Shown one piece after another: positions 50,253 through 61,335 of a stretch of DNA of 64,000 nt; the first letter of the stretch is position 1; each line of letters opens with the position of its first letter. Location of the stretch: positions 14,542,684-14,606,683 of the forward strand of contig OZ316896.1 of assembly GCA_973895155.1 (NCBI GenBank). The letters run 5' to 3'. The position numbers were made by a program, and so were the translations under genes. Below the pieces are notes generated by a model. The model ran no database searches. It saw only the letters and a program-made list of their open reading frames with translations, and had not been told where the DNA came from. The DNA comes from Marsupella aquatica (lineage: Eukaryota > Plantae > Marchantiophyta).

Positions 50253-51956
50253 TGGATGTGCAACACTGGATGTGCTGGTAGTGACATTGAAAATAGCCTG
50301 CAGACACAAAAATTGCAGACTCAAATTGCAAGCAATACAAAACTTTCAATCAGAATCAGATTTCAAGAAGCATAGAGTAGTGGTTTGAGCTTCACACCTG
50401 TGAATGTGAGGGTTGCCTTCCTTTATTTACCGGACCGCTTCCTATCGACAGCCCTATCAGAAAATGGGGCATCACATTGAGTATCGACCACACACTTAAA
50501 ATGACTTCTTAACTACGACTCCATTGGCTGCGCTACTTCACGAGATCCGTTCGCCCTTCAACCTTTTTGCCCCAATCCCTTGCTCCTTTGCTTTGCATCC
50601 GGATTCCTTCCCCGCACATCCTTCTCTTTTGAGGATCGACAATCAAAACGCCTCACATGCGCAGGATGCCGCAATGCCCATTTTTTCTGAAGAAAATGAC
50701 TCCTGGGAGTCGGGGCCCGATACAGCGTCGATGCTGAATGGGTGTCGGGTCCAAATGGGTGGCATTTACTCGGGCCCGGTAGGAGGAAGGGGCAGCATCG
50801 GCCGCAGTTTGGTGGGAGCCGGGTCCAAATGGGCCCCGATAGGTATCGGACGCCTTAGGCGCACCGCGGCTGGGTGCAGGTTGCGTACATGACTGATCTC
50901 GCGGGTTAGTGTGACCAAGGGTGGTCGACTGCAGTTATGTGATAGCCAATAGGATCGCTTCCATGGTCGAGAAGTCTGGTTAGAAGCATCGGTATACGGT
51001 TTGGGGGGGTATACGGTTTGGGGGGCAGTATAGTAAATAGTTTAGTTTGGGGGGCAAGATTGTAATAATGTTCAGTTTGGGGGGTCCTGTAGTAAAAAGC
51101 TCTATTACCCATAGCTTGACCCCCCTATTACCCTTATAGTTGTGCTTTGACACGCCCTATTACTCACAGCTTGACACGCCCTATTACTCTCTCTTGGGGA
51201 TGGGTAATGAGACATCTTGGGGATGGGTAATGTATTACCCCCTCCCTTGCATCCAAGCTTTTGATAGATCTAGCCCAGAGCACGTTTGGCTGTTCTGGAC
51301 GACCTTTTGGAAGACAACATCACTAATGGAAAATTGTGCAAACAATGAGATCCAAAGATGAAAAGCACGTAAATGATTGTGTGTGTGTGTGAGTGTATCT
51401 AGTATCACTACTAGTACTACTGTCCTCTGGCTTCCGAACGAGGTCTTGACATCAATCATGACGTGTAGCACAGATTCCGCTGGCAAACAGAATCGCATTC
51501 GAACTCGAGGTCCTGATTGATTTCTGCCGTTGTTTTCTCTAGGCTGTGCTGGTGACGGTGCGGTAAGTGTGGTGCATCTTCGTTCACCTCATGGGCATCC
51601 TACCTGAGGAGCTCTGTATGTTTTCAATGTTCAGTAGCTATTGAAATATGAAATAGCGAGAAACAGAAATGAGTACGTACTTTTAATAATATGAAAAAAA
51701 AGGAAACAATGATTGTTTTCTACCGAAAAAAATCGCACAGTAATTGTCCACACAGCACTAAAATAAACATCGATGAGGTCGATGAGGTCGGCATGAGAAT
51801 CTGAGGTAACAGGGACGAAATTCGAAGTTGTCATTGATTGGTGCCGTTGTTGTCTCCAGGCGTTGCTGTTGACGTTCTGCTGAACCGATCGTAGCCGGCC
51901 GCGACTGCTGTCAATCGATCTTTGGGACAGCAATTCCCATCGTGGAGAGCGAGAAG

Positions 51957-54900
51957 ATGACGACCGTGAAAGGTGAGTCGTTGAGTGAGTGAATCAGGCA
52001 TGAAAGAAATGAGGTTTTTTTGTTCGAGTTCATTGCGAGAGGGGAATTAGAGATGTCTTCGGACAAGCTATGGCCGGAATGAACGATCGGGAGCTCGAGG
52101 CTGTCTGTCGGTCTGTATATGATCGCATTTGCTATTCCTCATGTGATTCCGAGTAAAGAAAGCAGGAGAATAAAGGAATGCTAAACAGAGCTATTGAAGT
52201 TGCCAAGCGTTGCAGTAGAGGAAGTAGATTACTGGATTTCCCTGAAAATTGAGTGAGTTATGGTCGGGAGAAAAAAAACCGTGCGCAGATCTGTCATGTG
52301 GATGTGATAGCATTGAAACAGCATTGAATCTATCTTCCGTGATTCGGAGTAAGACGGCAGAGGCTTGACTGAATGTCAAATGAAGTCAATATATACAGCA
52401 CAGTATAGGAATAAGATCATAATAAATACTTGAGTTATGAAATTGGACTATACGGTAAGCGAAAGTAACAAGGATGATTGGAGTCGAGAAAACAAGAAAT
52501 GCTTTTGTTCATTTGTGGCTGAGATGAAGAGTTTGCAGCCGTGGTGAGAGGCGAATGGAATTTTCACCTTAATTTCGAATTTTTTTTGAGAGTTCAGCCC
52601 AAATTTTTCACTTAATTATAGCTCGGATGGGTTCTCTTTTTTCAGCATCAGGGAGTTATGGCTTAGTTGCAGTCCATGACTGTGTGCTATATTAAGAGAA
52701 CTGCCTATTTTGTGTAGATACCTGTCTGATTCTCTTGAAATCTCGCGTCTTGGAAATGTTGCAAATCTTCGGTCAATTGGACAGTCGGTACCGTGTTGTT
52801 TGCTGTGACTTGTCAACCAATGAAATTCTTCCTGATAAAAACTACGCATCACTACAACACATGCTTACCGCGCCTTCTTCTTACTACTTGCTTCGACTCA
52901 GCTGGGCTGCCTAGTTGAAAAGTGACTAAGCAAGGTTAGCTGAGTAGACTCCCCATAATTTTCCACTCGAAGAGGCTGCTGAGTGAAAAGTTGACTCAGG
53001 AAGATCAGCCGAGTGGAGACTTTCCAATTTGAAGAGGCCATTGAGTGAAAAAGTTACTTAGCAAGGTTAGCCTAGTGGAAATTTTCAAACTTGGGGAGGC
53101 AACCTAGAAAAAATAGCTGACGGCCAAAATGATGTTCTTTGAATGATTGGGGCATACAAGATGTCTATACACGTAGTTGCGGCTTTGGGTGGAGGCAGTA
53201 GAATTCTCTCTCGAGAAAGTGAAGGGCGGCTTCAGAGCTGTGACATTGTCGGCAGGGGAGCTCTTTGTTTTCCTCGCTGCTGCACGCGTGGGCGGTGGGT
53301 TTCTCCTGGACTTCAGAGGATTCAACATCAAATCAGGTATGATTACTCTGCTCACTTCTTTGGTTGTAAATGCTTCTGATTCTCCAAATTTTCCCTCTCA
53401 GAAGCGCAGTTTCTCTCTACCTCGTGCACATCAGCTTTTGATACCCACTTTCACGGCTACTTTCACGCACAGAGGGATTCAATCTTGCTCCGTCCTTCTG
53501 CGTACCACATGGCGTACGGGTCCCCAGGGAAGAATGCTGCCATCCCTGTTGAGTGGGTCTGGAAAATAAACCTTGGGTGCATACCCCGCGCAGAAATAAC
53601 AAACTGATGCAATTGAAGAATCCAATTGTAGCAAGCAGATGTGAGCCGAAATACGCAAACATGGTTTTGTTATAAGATGCTTGAGTCTTGAGAACTATTC
53701 ATCAATTAATTCCTTTTTTCCGAGATTAGTTTGTGGTATGGACTCCCGGAGTGGAAACTGAGCTAAGAGTGGGCTGTGGTTGGGAGAAGTCTGTGGGGCA
53801 GGTCTCTTACTGATTCTTACGTTGTAACTGGGCATCAAACTGTTCTCATCGTAGGTGTGAAGCTGCCGCCATAACGGTGTCGAATGCAGCCAGTAGAAAT
53901 GGACCGAAAATGCCGATACCACCTCCTGCTCATCCGACTTATCAGCTTCTGGATGTAATCAGATACGCATTGGCAGAAGATGCAGGAGATCGAGGTTTCA
54001 TTCTTTTGCTGGGCCTCTTGTCTTGTCGCTTATCCTCGGTGGTCCAACAGTCCTAATTTTCGTTGAGGTTGCCGAATAGCCCTCCTGGAGATATAGTTTA
54101 GTGAAAAGCCAGAGTGCAATGTTTTTTTGGTTCAGCTCGAGTAGCTAAATTGTACGTGGCAGTCCATAAAATCTGTGTGGGTACAGGTGACATTACATGT
54201 TTCTCGACAATTCCGCAAGAAACTAAAGCTCAAGCTCAATTTCTCGCCAAAGCCGATGGTGTCATCGCTGGCATTGATTTGGCTGAGATGATTTTCAAGG
54301 AGGTTGATCCCGACCTGCTGGTAAGTCGTATGTGGTTTTCTCGAACATGCTTGGGATGTTACAGAGGCCAATGCATCTTTCAGAAAAGTGTCAATTGTGG
54401 TTCTTTAGTCTGTATATGAATCCTTCACAGATATGTTCTCCAGACTGTAGCGCAGGTTTCTGTGACTCAGAAGTAGATTTATATTCGTAGTAACTTTTTT
54501 GTTGTTGAAAGCCAAAGTTGCAGTCTTACACCTCACAATGTTGACGTCTTCCCACATGACAAACTTCTCCCCATTGCAACTCATGGGCCCGTAGAATAGA
54601 CTCCTACCGAGCTATGATAAAACCAAATTGGTTATAACTCTTCGAGGTTTTTCGCATAACAGGTGGAGTGGCAGGTGCAGGACGGGGATGCAGTCAGGAG
54701 TGGTCTCAGGTTCGGTTCTGTTAAAGGTAAGTTGCCGGTGGTATGCCATTTGTCTGAGTTTCAATTCCAGTCAACCCAATTGAGAGCCGTTGCAGGGTTC
54801 CATGCAACGGCTTTCAATTGATGCGTTGATCAGCAGATGCAGTAACGTCTGGTGGTTTTCATTTGTCTGCAAGAAAAATCATCTGGAGAGTATCCAAGCT

Positions 54901-56634
54901 CATTGCCTCTACTCCTTGATTTGCAGGTAATGCTAGGAGTATACTAATAGCTGAACGAGTGGTGCTGAATTTTATGCAGCGAATGAGTGGGATTGCTACC
55001 AGCACGAAGGTATGTCATGCGTTCCTCATTAAAAATGTAGCTATATTGCCCTTTAAAATTATAGAATTTGGGTAGTCCAGAGTCAACTGAACACATCATA
55101 GGCTGCTGCTCGTCCAATCATAATCTTTTGCACCACTATTGAGTCTTTTCTTCTTCATGTGATCAGAAAATGGCAGAAGCTGCAAGGCCTGCTCGGATTC
55201 TGGATACTAGAAAGACAGCTCCAGGATTGCGACTAGTCGATAAGTGGGCGGTATGACGTCCTTTGTGCCACTTCATTTCCAGTTTGGACTCTTATGTAAC
55301 TGTCATTCTCAAGTCTTTTCCAGTATCGTTTATTTAACGTCCATCTGGCAGGGACTGTTATGTTTCCAAAATAATGATTTGTTGTTTTCTTTCAGGTTTT
55401 AATAGGTTCTGGTGAAAACCACCGAATGGGGCTCTATGATATGATGATGGTGAAAGACAATCATACTGATGTGGCAGGTGGCATAAAAAATGCAATTGCT
55501 GCAGCAGATCAATATATCAAAGCGAACAAGCTCGATGTGGGAGTGGAGGTAATCTTTCACGATCTTGATAACCTTTCCTTTCAAGTCCAGTCGGGGTGCA
55601 TCACTAGAATACTGAGTCCGTTTCTCCTTCTAAGTTTGAGCTTGATGGTTTTTCATGTTTGAAAGACATGGGCAAAACTTGTAGCCTCAAGTGAGCTTTA
55701 TGCTAGAGCGTCGAGTGGCAAAAATGAGTGACAGTTATTTTGAGGTGTACTGCACTAATTGCTCTCGCTCGTAGCAGATCGAAACAAGGACATTGAAGGA
55801 AGTTGAGGAGGTTTTAGAATGTATTAGCGATGGCAGTGGGAAGGTGGTGACACGTATAATGCTAGACAATATGGCAAAAAGGTTACCAGAAGGCGGGATA
55901 GATGTTTCTTTGCTCCAGCAAGCGGTCCATCTCATCAATGGTGCGGTTGAGACAGAGGTACGTGAGACCCAAATCTTCTGAATGAACTGCATCAAGCATC
56001 AAAGCAACCGAGTTTTGGTTTCAAAAGTTTGGTTCGAGAAGGTGTGGAGCGTTCGTTATTTGTTTTCATGAGGATTGCTTGAGAGCATTCAAGGAAAATC
56101 ATGTTCAAAAATTGCTGTTGTATGATCTAGGCTTCAGGCAATGTCACATTGCAAACTGTGAAGGAAATAGGTGCAACTGGAGTAACGTACATCTCCAGGT
56201 GAGTGTCCGTGGGATCATCATAGTTGTTTGCTTTCAATCCTCTGCATTTTGGAAACGGAATGAATCGGGACATGGGAACTTTTCTAGAGTCTTTTTTAAC
56301 TGTCTGATATCTGATAGCAAGGACTGATCAATTATATTTTAGTGTTTACTTAATGTGTCAGGGATTTCAGATCTGGGGAATGAATGAAAAGCGTGCAGAA
56401 TTCCCAGAGGAAAGTTTGCTGCTAGATACATTATACATTGCTGCTAGATACATTATACATTGACATGTAGCACATTTACAGGGACCAAAATATAAAAGTC
56501 AGTCCTTGTTGGGTACATGCCTGTGGTAACCTTCTGAAATTTTGGACTTCCATTTGTGATGATTGTGCAGTGGTGCATTGACACACTCCGTGGAGGCTTT
56601 AGATATATCTTTGAAGGTGACCGTGCAAGTTTAG
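51957..56634 (+). CDS. QPT: Quinolinate phosphoribosyltransferase (nicotinate-nucleotide pyrophosphorylase, NAD de novo synthesis)
   Basis: Exons 53855-53994 ([24 protein letters not shown]), 54188-54320, 54663-54726, 54927-55009 ([17 protein letters not shown]), 55167-55250 ([10 protein letters not shown]), 55396-55548 ([15 protein letters not shown]), 55778-55957 (IMLDNM), 56131-56198 (ASGNVT), 56571-56634 (GALTHS..LDISL). The 5' exons (51957-51972, ~53402-53513, transit-peptide-like) are tentative. Confidence 0.92.
52915..53095. repeat. ~3 degenerate copies of a ~62-bp unit
   Basis: GAAAAGT..ACT.AG.AAG.T.AGC..AGT.GA...GA(A/G)GAGGC recurs three times. Confidence 0.6.
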
Positions 56635-57719
56635 AAACCAAATATTGTTATGAAAGTCCAGACATAGATTAAACTATTCAAGATGGAAGCCTGTGTAGCA
56701 TGTCATAAGTAGGATATACTTTGGATTGATCCTGGACATATACTTTGGATTGATGTCATTTTGTTCCAAAAACATGGTACCCATAATAGAATGGGCTGAA
56801 TTTTTTATAAACACACAGAGAAATAGAAAAAATGTACTTTATTTCATTAAATTTTAGGGTGTTATTAATTGAAAACTTTGCAAGTGATATGGGACCTCAC
56901 TTGGAATGAGCCCCCGAGATTAGGTCCCAAAGATTTTCCTTAAATTAGTTGGAAGCACCACCGAGAAGAAATCCCTGGGGGACTAATGATTTGCTGAACT
57001 TTAGTTCAGTATTACCAGGGGGTGTAAAATGGCCTAGAACACATTCTCCACCCTGTTGTCTAAAATCATTTTGTTCAGCCTATTGTGACCACATTTGGTC
57101 AGGGGCAATTTTGAATTAGATCAGTAAGCAAAAACAATCTGGGGTAACTCAGTAAACAAAAACAACATATTTTTTGGAAGTGAATAACCCTTGAAACTAG
57201 TTTTTCACAGGTTTCACCCAACATTGCAAACCTAACTCATATTGCATTGCAAAAATATTGCTGTGATTTTGATCTGCACAATAGCCTAACCATTTTCTTA
57301 GCACATGTAGGCATGGTTAGTTCAATTGTTTTTGACAGCCAAACCATTTTCTTAACACATCTAGGCATGGTTAGTTCAGCTGTTGTGACCCACCTTAACA
57401 TCCCAACCATTTTCTTTACACGTCTAGACATGGTTACTTCAGTTCAGTTGTTTATGAACAGAGAATCATGTAACTCCCTCCAGGTGTGCATATTGGAGAT
57501 TGGTTACAAGGGAACTCTCACACTCCTCATCAAGTGATTAATAAAACCCTACTTGGGCACTGCCACAACGGAAGGACCTCACACAAAATTACCTGAGTAA
57601 AAGCAAACAATCTGCCTCAGGACCCATTCATAGTAGGTTGGCTGGTGCAGAATGACAAGTCCACATTCAATAAGTTGTTCATGGACCCACAGCTTTTCCC
57701 TGTCATACTGCAGGAGCTG

Positions 57720-59309
57720 GTCCAGGACCTCCAAATCCCCAAGGAGCTCTAAAATTGCATCATTGTGATGGTAGTGTAACCAAAAGTCAGTCCTATCAGT
57801 CCCAAACAGTTTTTGCGCTCGTTCCGTCAGTTTAGCTGATCTCAGTGACACTTCGGATCCCTACAAGCGTCAAATCTTATCAATTCATTGTTTTGTATTA
57901 GATATTGGACAAAACTTTCAGTGAAAGCACAATGTCTTCAAAGTGACTGCACATAAAAATAAGTAGAAGATTGTGTTGGTCAGTTGGACACAGTGACTAC
58001 ACATCAAAATAAATAGAAGATCGTGTTGGTCAGTTGGACACTTCTTAGCCTTTCACTAGTGAGCAACGACTACTTAAGTCAAAGGAGAAACCAACGACAA
58101 AAATATGGGAAACCAGGATTTGCGAACATAGGGCAAATTAAATAAAAGGTCTTACCTTTGGGTTCGTCTGAACTTTGCCACCAACCGCTGCTGCAATGGC
58201 TTGGTGACCAAAACTGATACCACAGGTCTTGATTTTCTTCTGGTCCGGGGCTTTAATTTCCTATGTCAAATTTTATCCAATATCTCTTATATATCATCTG
58301 GAGATCGATATAGTAGTATAAAATGTGACAATTAACGGAAACAACAAAAACTAAACATGTGTCGCAATTCCTATGGACCAATTTGCTCACTTGAAGCCAT
58401 CATATACTCCACTCAGCAAACCCAAAATTAGCAATCCATCAAAATCCTTTACATCTGCCGGGGACAGCTTTGCCTTTGTATCAAAAACTGAACACCATGG
58501 AGAATTATGAGCATTAGCTTTGATAAAGCTTTATAGATGGATTTTGTCATCAAAATGCGTCTTTGATATCTGGATAAATTGAATGAATTTTCTACTTTTA
58601 TTAAGCAGTTTGACAAGCTCTCTAAAATAATTGGGCAGTAGGCTGGAATCTCTTAGACTATTCATGAATGCTATTCATTGTTGCCATAATCTGCTTGTCC
58701 AATTTGGTTCATTAAACCGCAGCTTGTTCAACTTTGCTACTCAAAATCATCCAGTGTGCTAGCCTTTTGTCACAACATGTAGTTTACAGAGTGCTCGATC
58801 TCTTCAGACCACAATAGGATATGACAAATCCATTTTTCAAACTAGTAAACAACTTTGATTTAATGAGTATCAAAGTCCAAAGGCGAGGGCAGGTGCATGC
58901 CCCCGGAAACCACAATTGAGTGTTAGTATTCTATGAATCCTCATAGGTCACCACGAGTTAGGAAGGCAAGATCTACTGTCACAAAATGAGTTGTTTTTCA
59001 GTAGAAATAAAAAATTACAATAACGTGATCTACAAACGAGCAAAGCAGTACAACGAGCGCCTATGAAAAGGAGAACAAAGTTTTTACAACATTTGCATTA
59101 GAAACTAGAGATTTGTGAAGGCTGCTGGGTTGGTAGGCACCGATGAGCTCAACCGAAGGGAGCAAAATGGGTGAGCGTCTAGAGATATGATCGAATGCAT
59201 TCTAGAGCAGGGTGAGGTATCCGCCCGTTCACTCATACACCTTGGGTGTCAGGTGCTCCTGCAGCCTCTCACACTTGAATAACGCAATGCGGAGTTTGGA
59301 AGCTGCCAT
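57720..59309 (-). pseudogene. Class I glutamine amidotransferase-like (gamma-glutamyl-peptidase/GuaA-like) pseudogene
   Basis: Exon remnants: MAASKLRIALFKCE...YE*TGGYLTLL*NAF (59309-~59140); PADVKDFDGLLILG..SGVYDG (~58460-58391); KIKTCGISFGHQAIAAAVGGKVQTNPK (~58240-58156, GICFGHQ elbow with C to S); GSEVSLR...HYHHNDAILEL..DLEVL (57860-57720). Several stops and frameshifts; no C-terminal HPE seen. Confidence 0.75.
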
Positions 59310-59433
59310 GGCATAACTCACTCACACTAATCGCACTGCCCCCCCCCCCCTCACAGGATTACATTAAGTTGACACCGCAAGTCCAGCGAACACGCCTGCT
59401 CTCACACTCAGAACCCAGCAAGGAAGAAGTGAG

Positions 59434-59943
59434 TTAGACCATTTCAACAACCTCTCCTATTATCTCATGTCCTAAGACTACCGGTAGGGGGTAAGGCTGG
59501 TCGGCATTTATGATATCAAGATCAGAGTGGCAAACTCCACAAGCTGTAGAAACAACCATGACAAACAACTCTTCTATCAGTCCACACAATGTACTCATGA
59601 AAATTGTGTCTGTCAACTGCAATTCCACTTATTCTCCCCAAATCAGCCAACAAATCTGTCCCGTCTCGATCCTACACATTTAACATTGGAGAGCGCTGTT
59701 ACCTTTCATTTTGATCAAAACCTCTCCGTCTTGAGGTTGAGGCATTTGTAGATCCTCTACAGTCATAGGCTTGTGGGGCTCCCAGATGACAAATGTGCGC
59801 ATGGAGTTTGGCCCATTCCCCAACAAATAATCTTTCCCATCCATTGCTCTTGCTCCCTCCTGCTCCCTTGTTGCTGGTTTGCAAAGGAGAACCTCTGCAC
59901 CACTTGCATCAAAGACAGACAGACACGCCGCTATACGAGCCAT
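59434..59943 (-). pseudogene. Truncated zinc-dependent (MDR-family) alcohol dehydrogenase-like gene; first two exons only
   Basis: Exon 59943-59703 ...MRTFVIWEPHKPMTVEDLQMPQPQDGEVLIKMK; exon from 59543 ACGVCHSDL...PVVLGHEIIGEVVE, then a frameshift/stop. No downstream ADH exons are present. Confidence 0.8.
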
Positions 59944-60203
59944 CTGGTCATCGATCTCAGAGTTGAAGCAGCCATTAAGTTCAGTTCAATTCTCACACCT
60001 ACCTTTCTCCCCCCATTCCCCCCCCCCATTCCCCCCCCCCCCAAGCCAAAAACCTCGACCGAGATCACATTGGGTGCAAATTTCAAATCTCTCGGATTCG
60101 TTTCCAAACCAGAGTTCTGATTGAGAACAAGGAAATCAATGAAATATTTCAGGAGATTTCATGAAGGTATGCAAATTTTTGTCCTCCAAGAATAAATCAT
60201 TAA

Positions 60204-60372
60204 GGGGCCTCAAACCTCAAAATGCATGTGATGGACCTCAATACATGGTCCAAAAGATTTGCCATAAAAGATTGGTCATATGCCATGACCAACACTCATG
60301 ATTGTAAAGGTAGTAATTTTTTCTTTTTACATAATCCTGTGAAAAAGTTATGGCCAAAAGCCATCATCCTTA
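60204..60372 (+). repeat. Dispersed repeat, copy 2 (homologous to 8186-8400)
   Basis: Same conserved blocks, in the same order, as copy 1 at 8186-8400. Confidence 0.7.
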
Positions 60373-60576
60373 ACAAAGGCAAAAATAACAAAAGTGAAAT
60401 TGAACCTAAATAAAGACACAACCTAAACAACGGTGGACCCAAAACATGGGCAAAAATGAACCGAAATAGCATAGAATTTTTGGGTACAAGATATGTTTTT
60501 CTTCATATCTATTTAAGCTGACATGTTTTTCTTCATATCTATTTACTTTTGAGGAGGAACGGCTAATGGGACTAGT

Positions 60577-60965
60577 TGTGGAGTAAACTGGCATCACAGA
60601 GGAGACACGTGCATCGAATGTGAAAAAAAGGGAGGTCTTGGACACTTCCCTTGTAGGTGTTGGATATTTCTCTAGTCTTGTGACTCATGAGCGAACCACA
60701 GTTAGTCTAACTCGGGTTAGGACTTAGCTAATGTTAGCGGTAGTGCTGTTGTGCATATAGCCAGGGCTGATGCCAGACCCTGGTGGAACTTAGGCTCATT
60801 GTTACGGATGCTTGGTATGGCCGGTCGGCCTAGAGTGCAGTAAAGTTCTTGTGTGTTCTCGTGGACGTAGCCTCATGGGAGGTGAACCACGTATCTCTCT
60901 GTGTCGACTATTGTACGTTGGATGGTTCATGGGCTTGCCGTTGCAAATGTCGTCTATGCTCAACA
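60577..60965 (+). mobile_element. Probable copia-type solo LTR (~390 bp)
   Basis: TGTGGAG...CTCAACA inverted termini (TG...CA). The internal GTGGACGTAG...GAACCACGTA...TGTGT motif is typical of the 3' part of plant copia LTRs. The TSD is poor (CTAGT/ATAGC). Confidence 0.5.
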
Positions 60966-61003
60966 ATAGCCAGTGGTGATTTTAAAGAAACCTTTGCATA
61001 GAA

Positions 61004-61335
61004 CAGTTTTTTATTAACCTGTCCTTTAAACCACCCAATATTATTAACATGTTCCCTAAACAAAATTAATTATCAACCTATCTCCCATTTTATATTTGGG
61101 TTAATATAAACTTGTATACGGGTTCACCTAACCAAGTGGGGCCAATGAAGGGGGGCCAAGGGGTGTCGTAGTGGGCTCAGGCTATCCAATAACACCTTGC
61201 CACATGGCAATGGGAACCCTTATACAAGTTAATATTAACCCAAATGCAAAATGGAGGACATGTTGATAATTAATTTTATCTTGAAAATACTTTAGCAATA
61301 TTGGGTAATTTGGAGGACAGGTTAATAAAAAATTG
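61004..61335. mobile_element. Foldback MITE, Mutator-type, with a 10-bp TSD
   Basis: ~120-bp imperfect inverted arms (CAGTTTTTTATTAACCTGTCC...TTTGGGTTAATATAAACTTGTATA / TATACAAGTTAATATTAACCCAAA...GGACAGGTTAATAAAAAATTG). TSD TTGCATAGAA (60994-61003) vs TTACATAGAA (61336-61345). Confidence 0.82.

Larger units (their letters stand above)
46796..51102. mobile_element. Full-length Mutator-like element (MULE) with ~255-bp TIRs (patchy to ~335 bp) and a 10-bp TSD
   Basis: The left end CAGCTTTTTACTAAAGTACCCCCCAAACTGAACATTATTACAATC... is near the reverse complement of the right end ...GATTGTAATAATGTTCAGTTTGGGGGGTCCTGTAGTAAAAAGCTC. TSD TATTACCCAT at 46786-46795 and 51103-51112. Contains a MuDRA-like transposase. 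Confidence 0.95.

Noticed and set aside
33481-59943. Possible metabolic gene cluster (AAE14, hydrolase, QPT, GATase, ADH)
   Set aside because: The genes belong to unrelated pathways (phylloquinone, NAD) and two are pseudogene fragments. No shared pathway logic.
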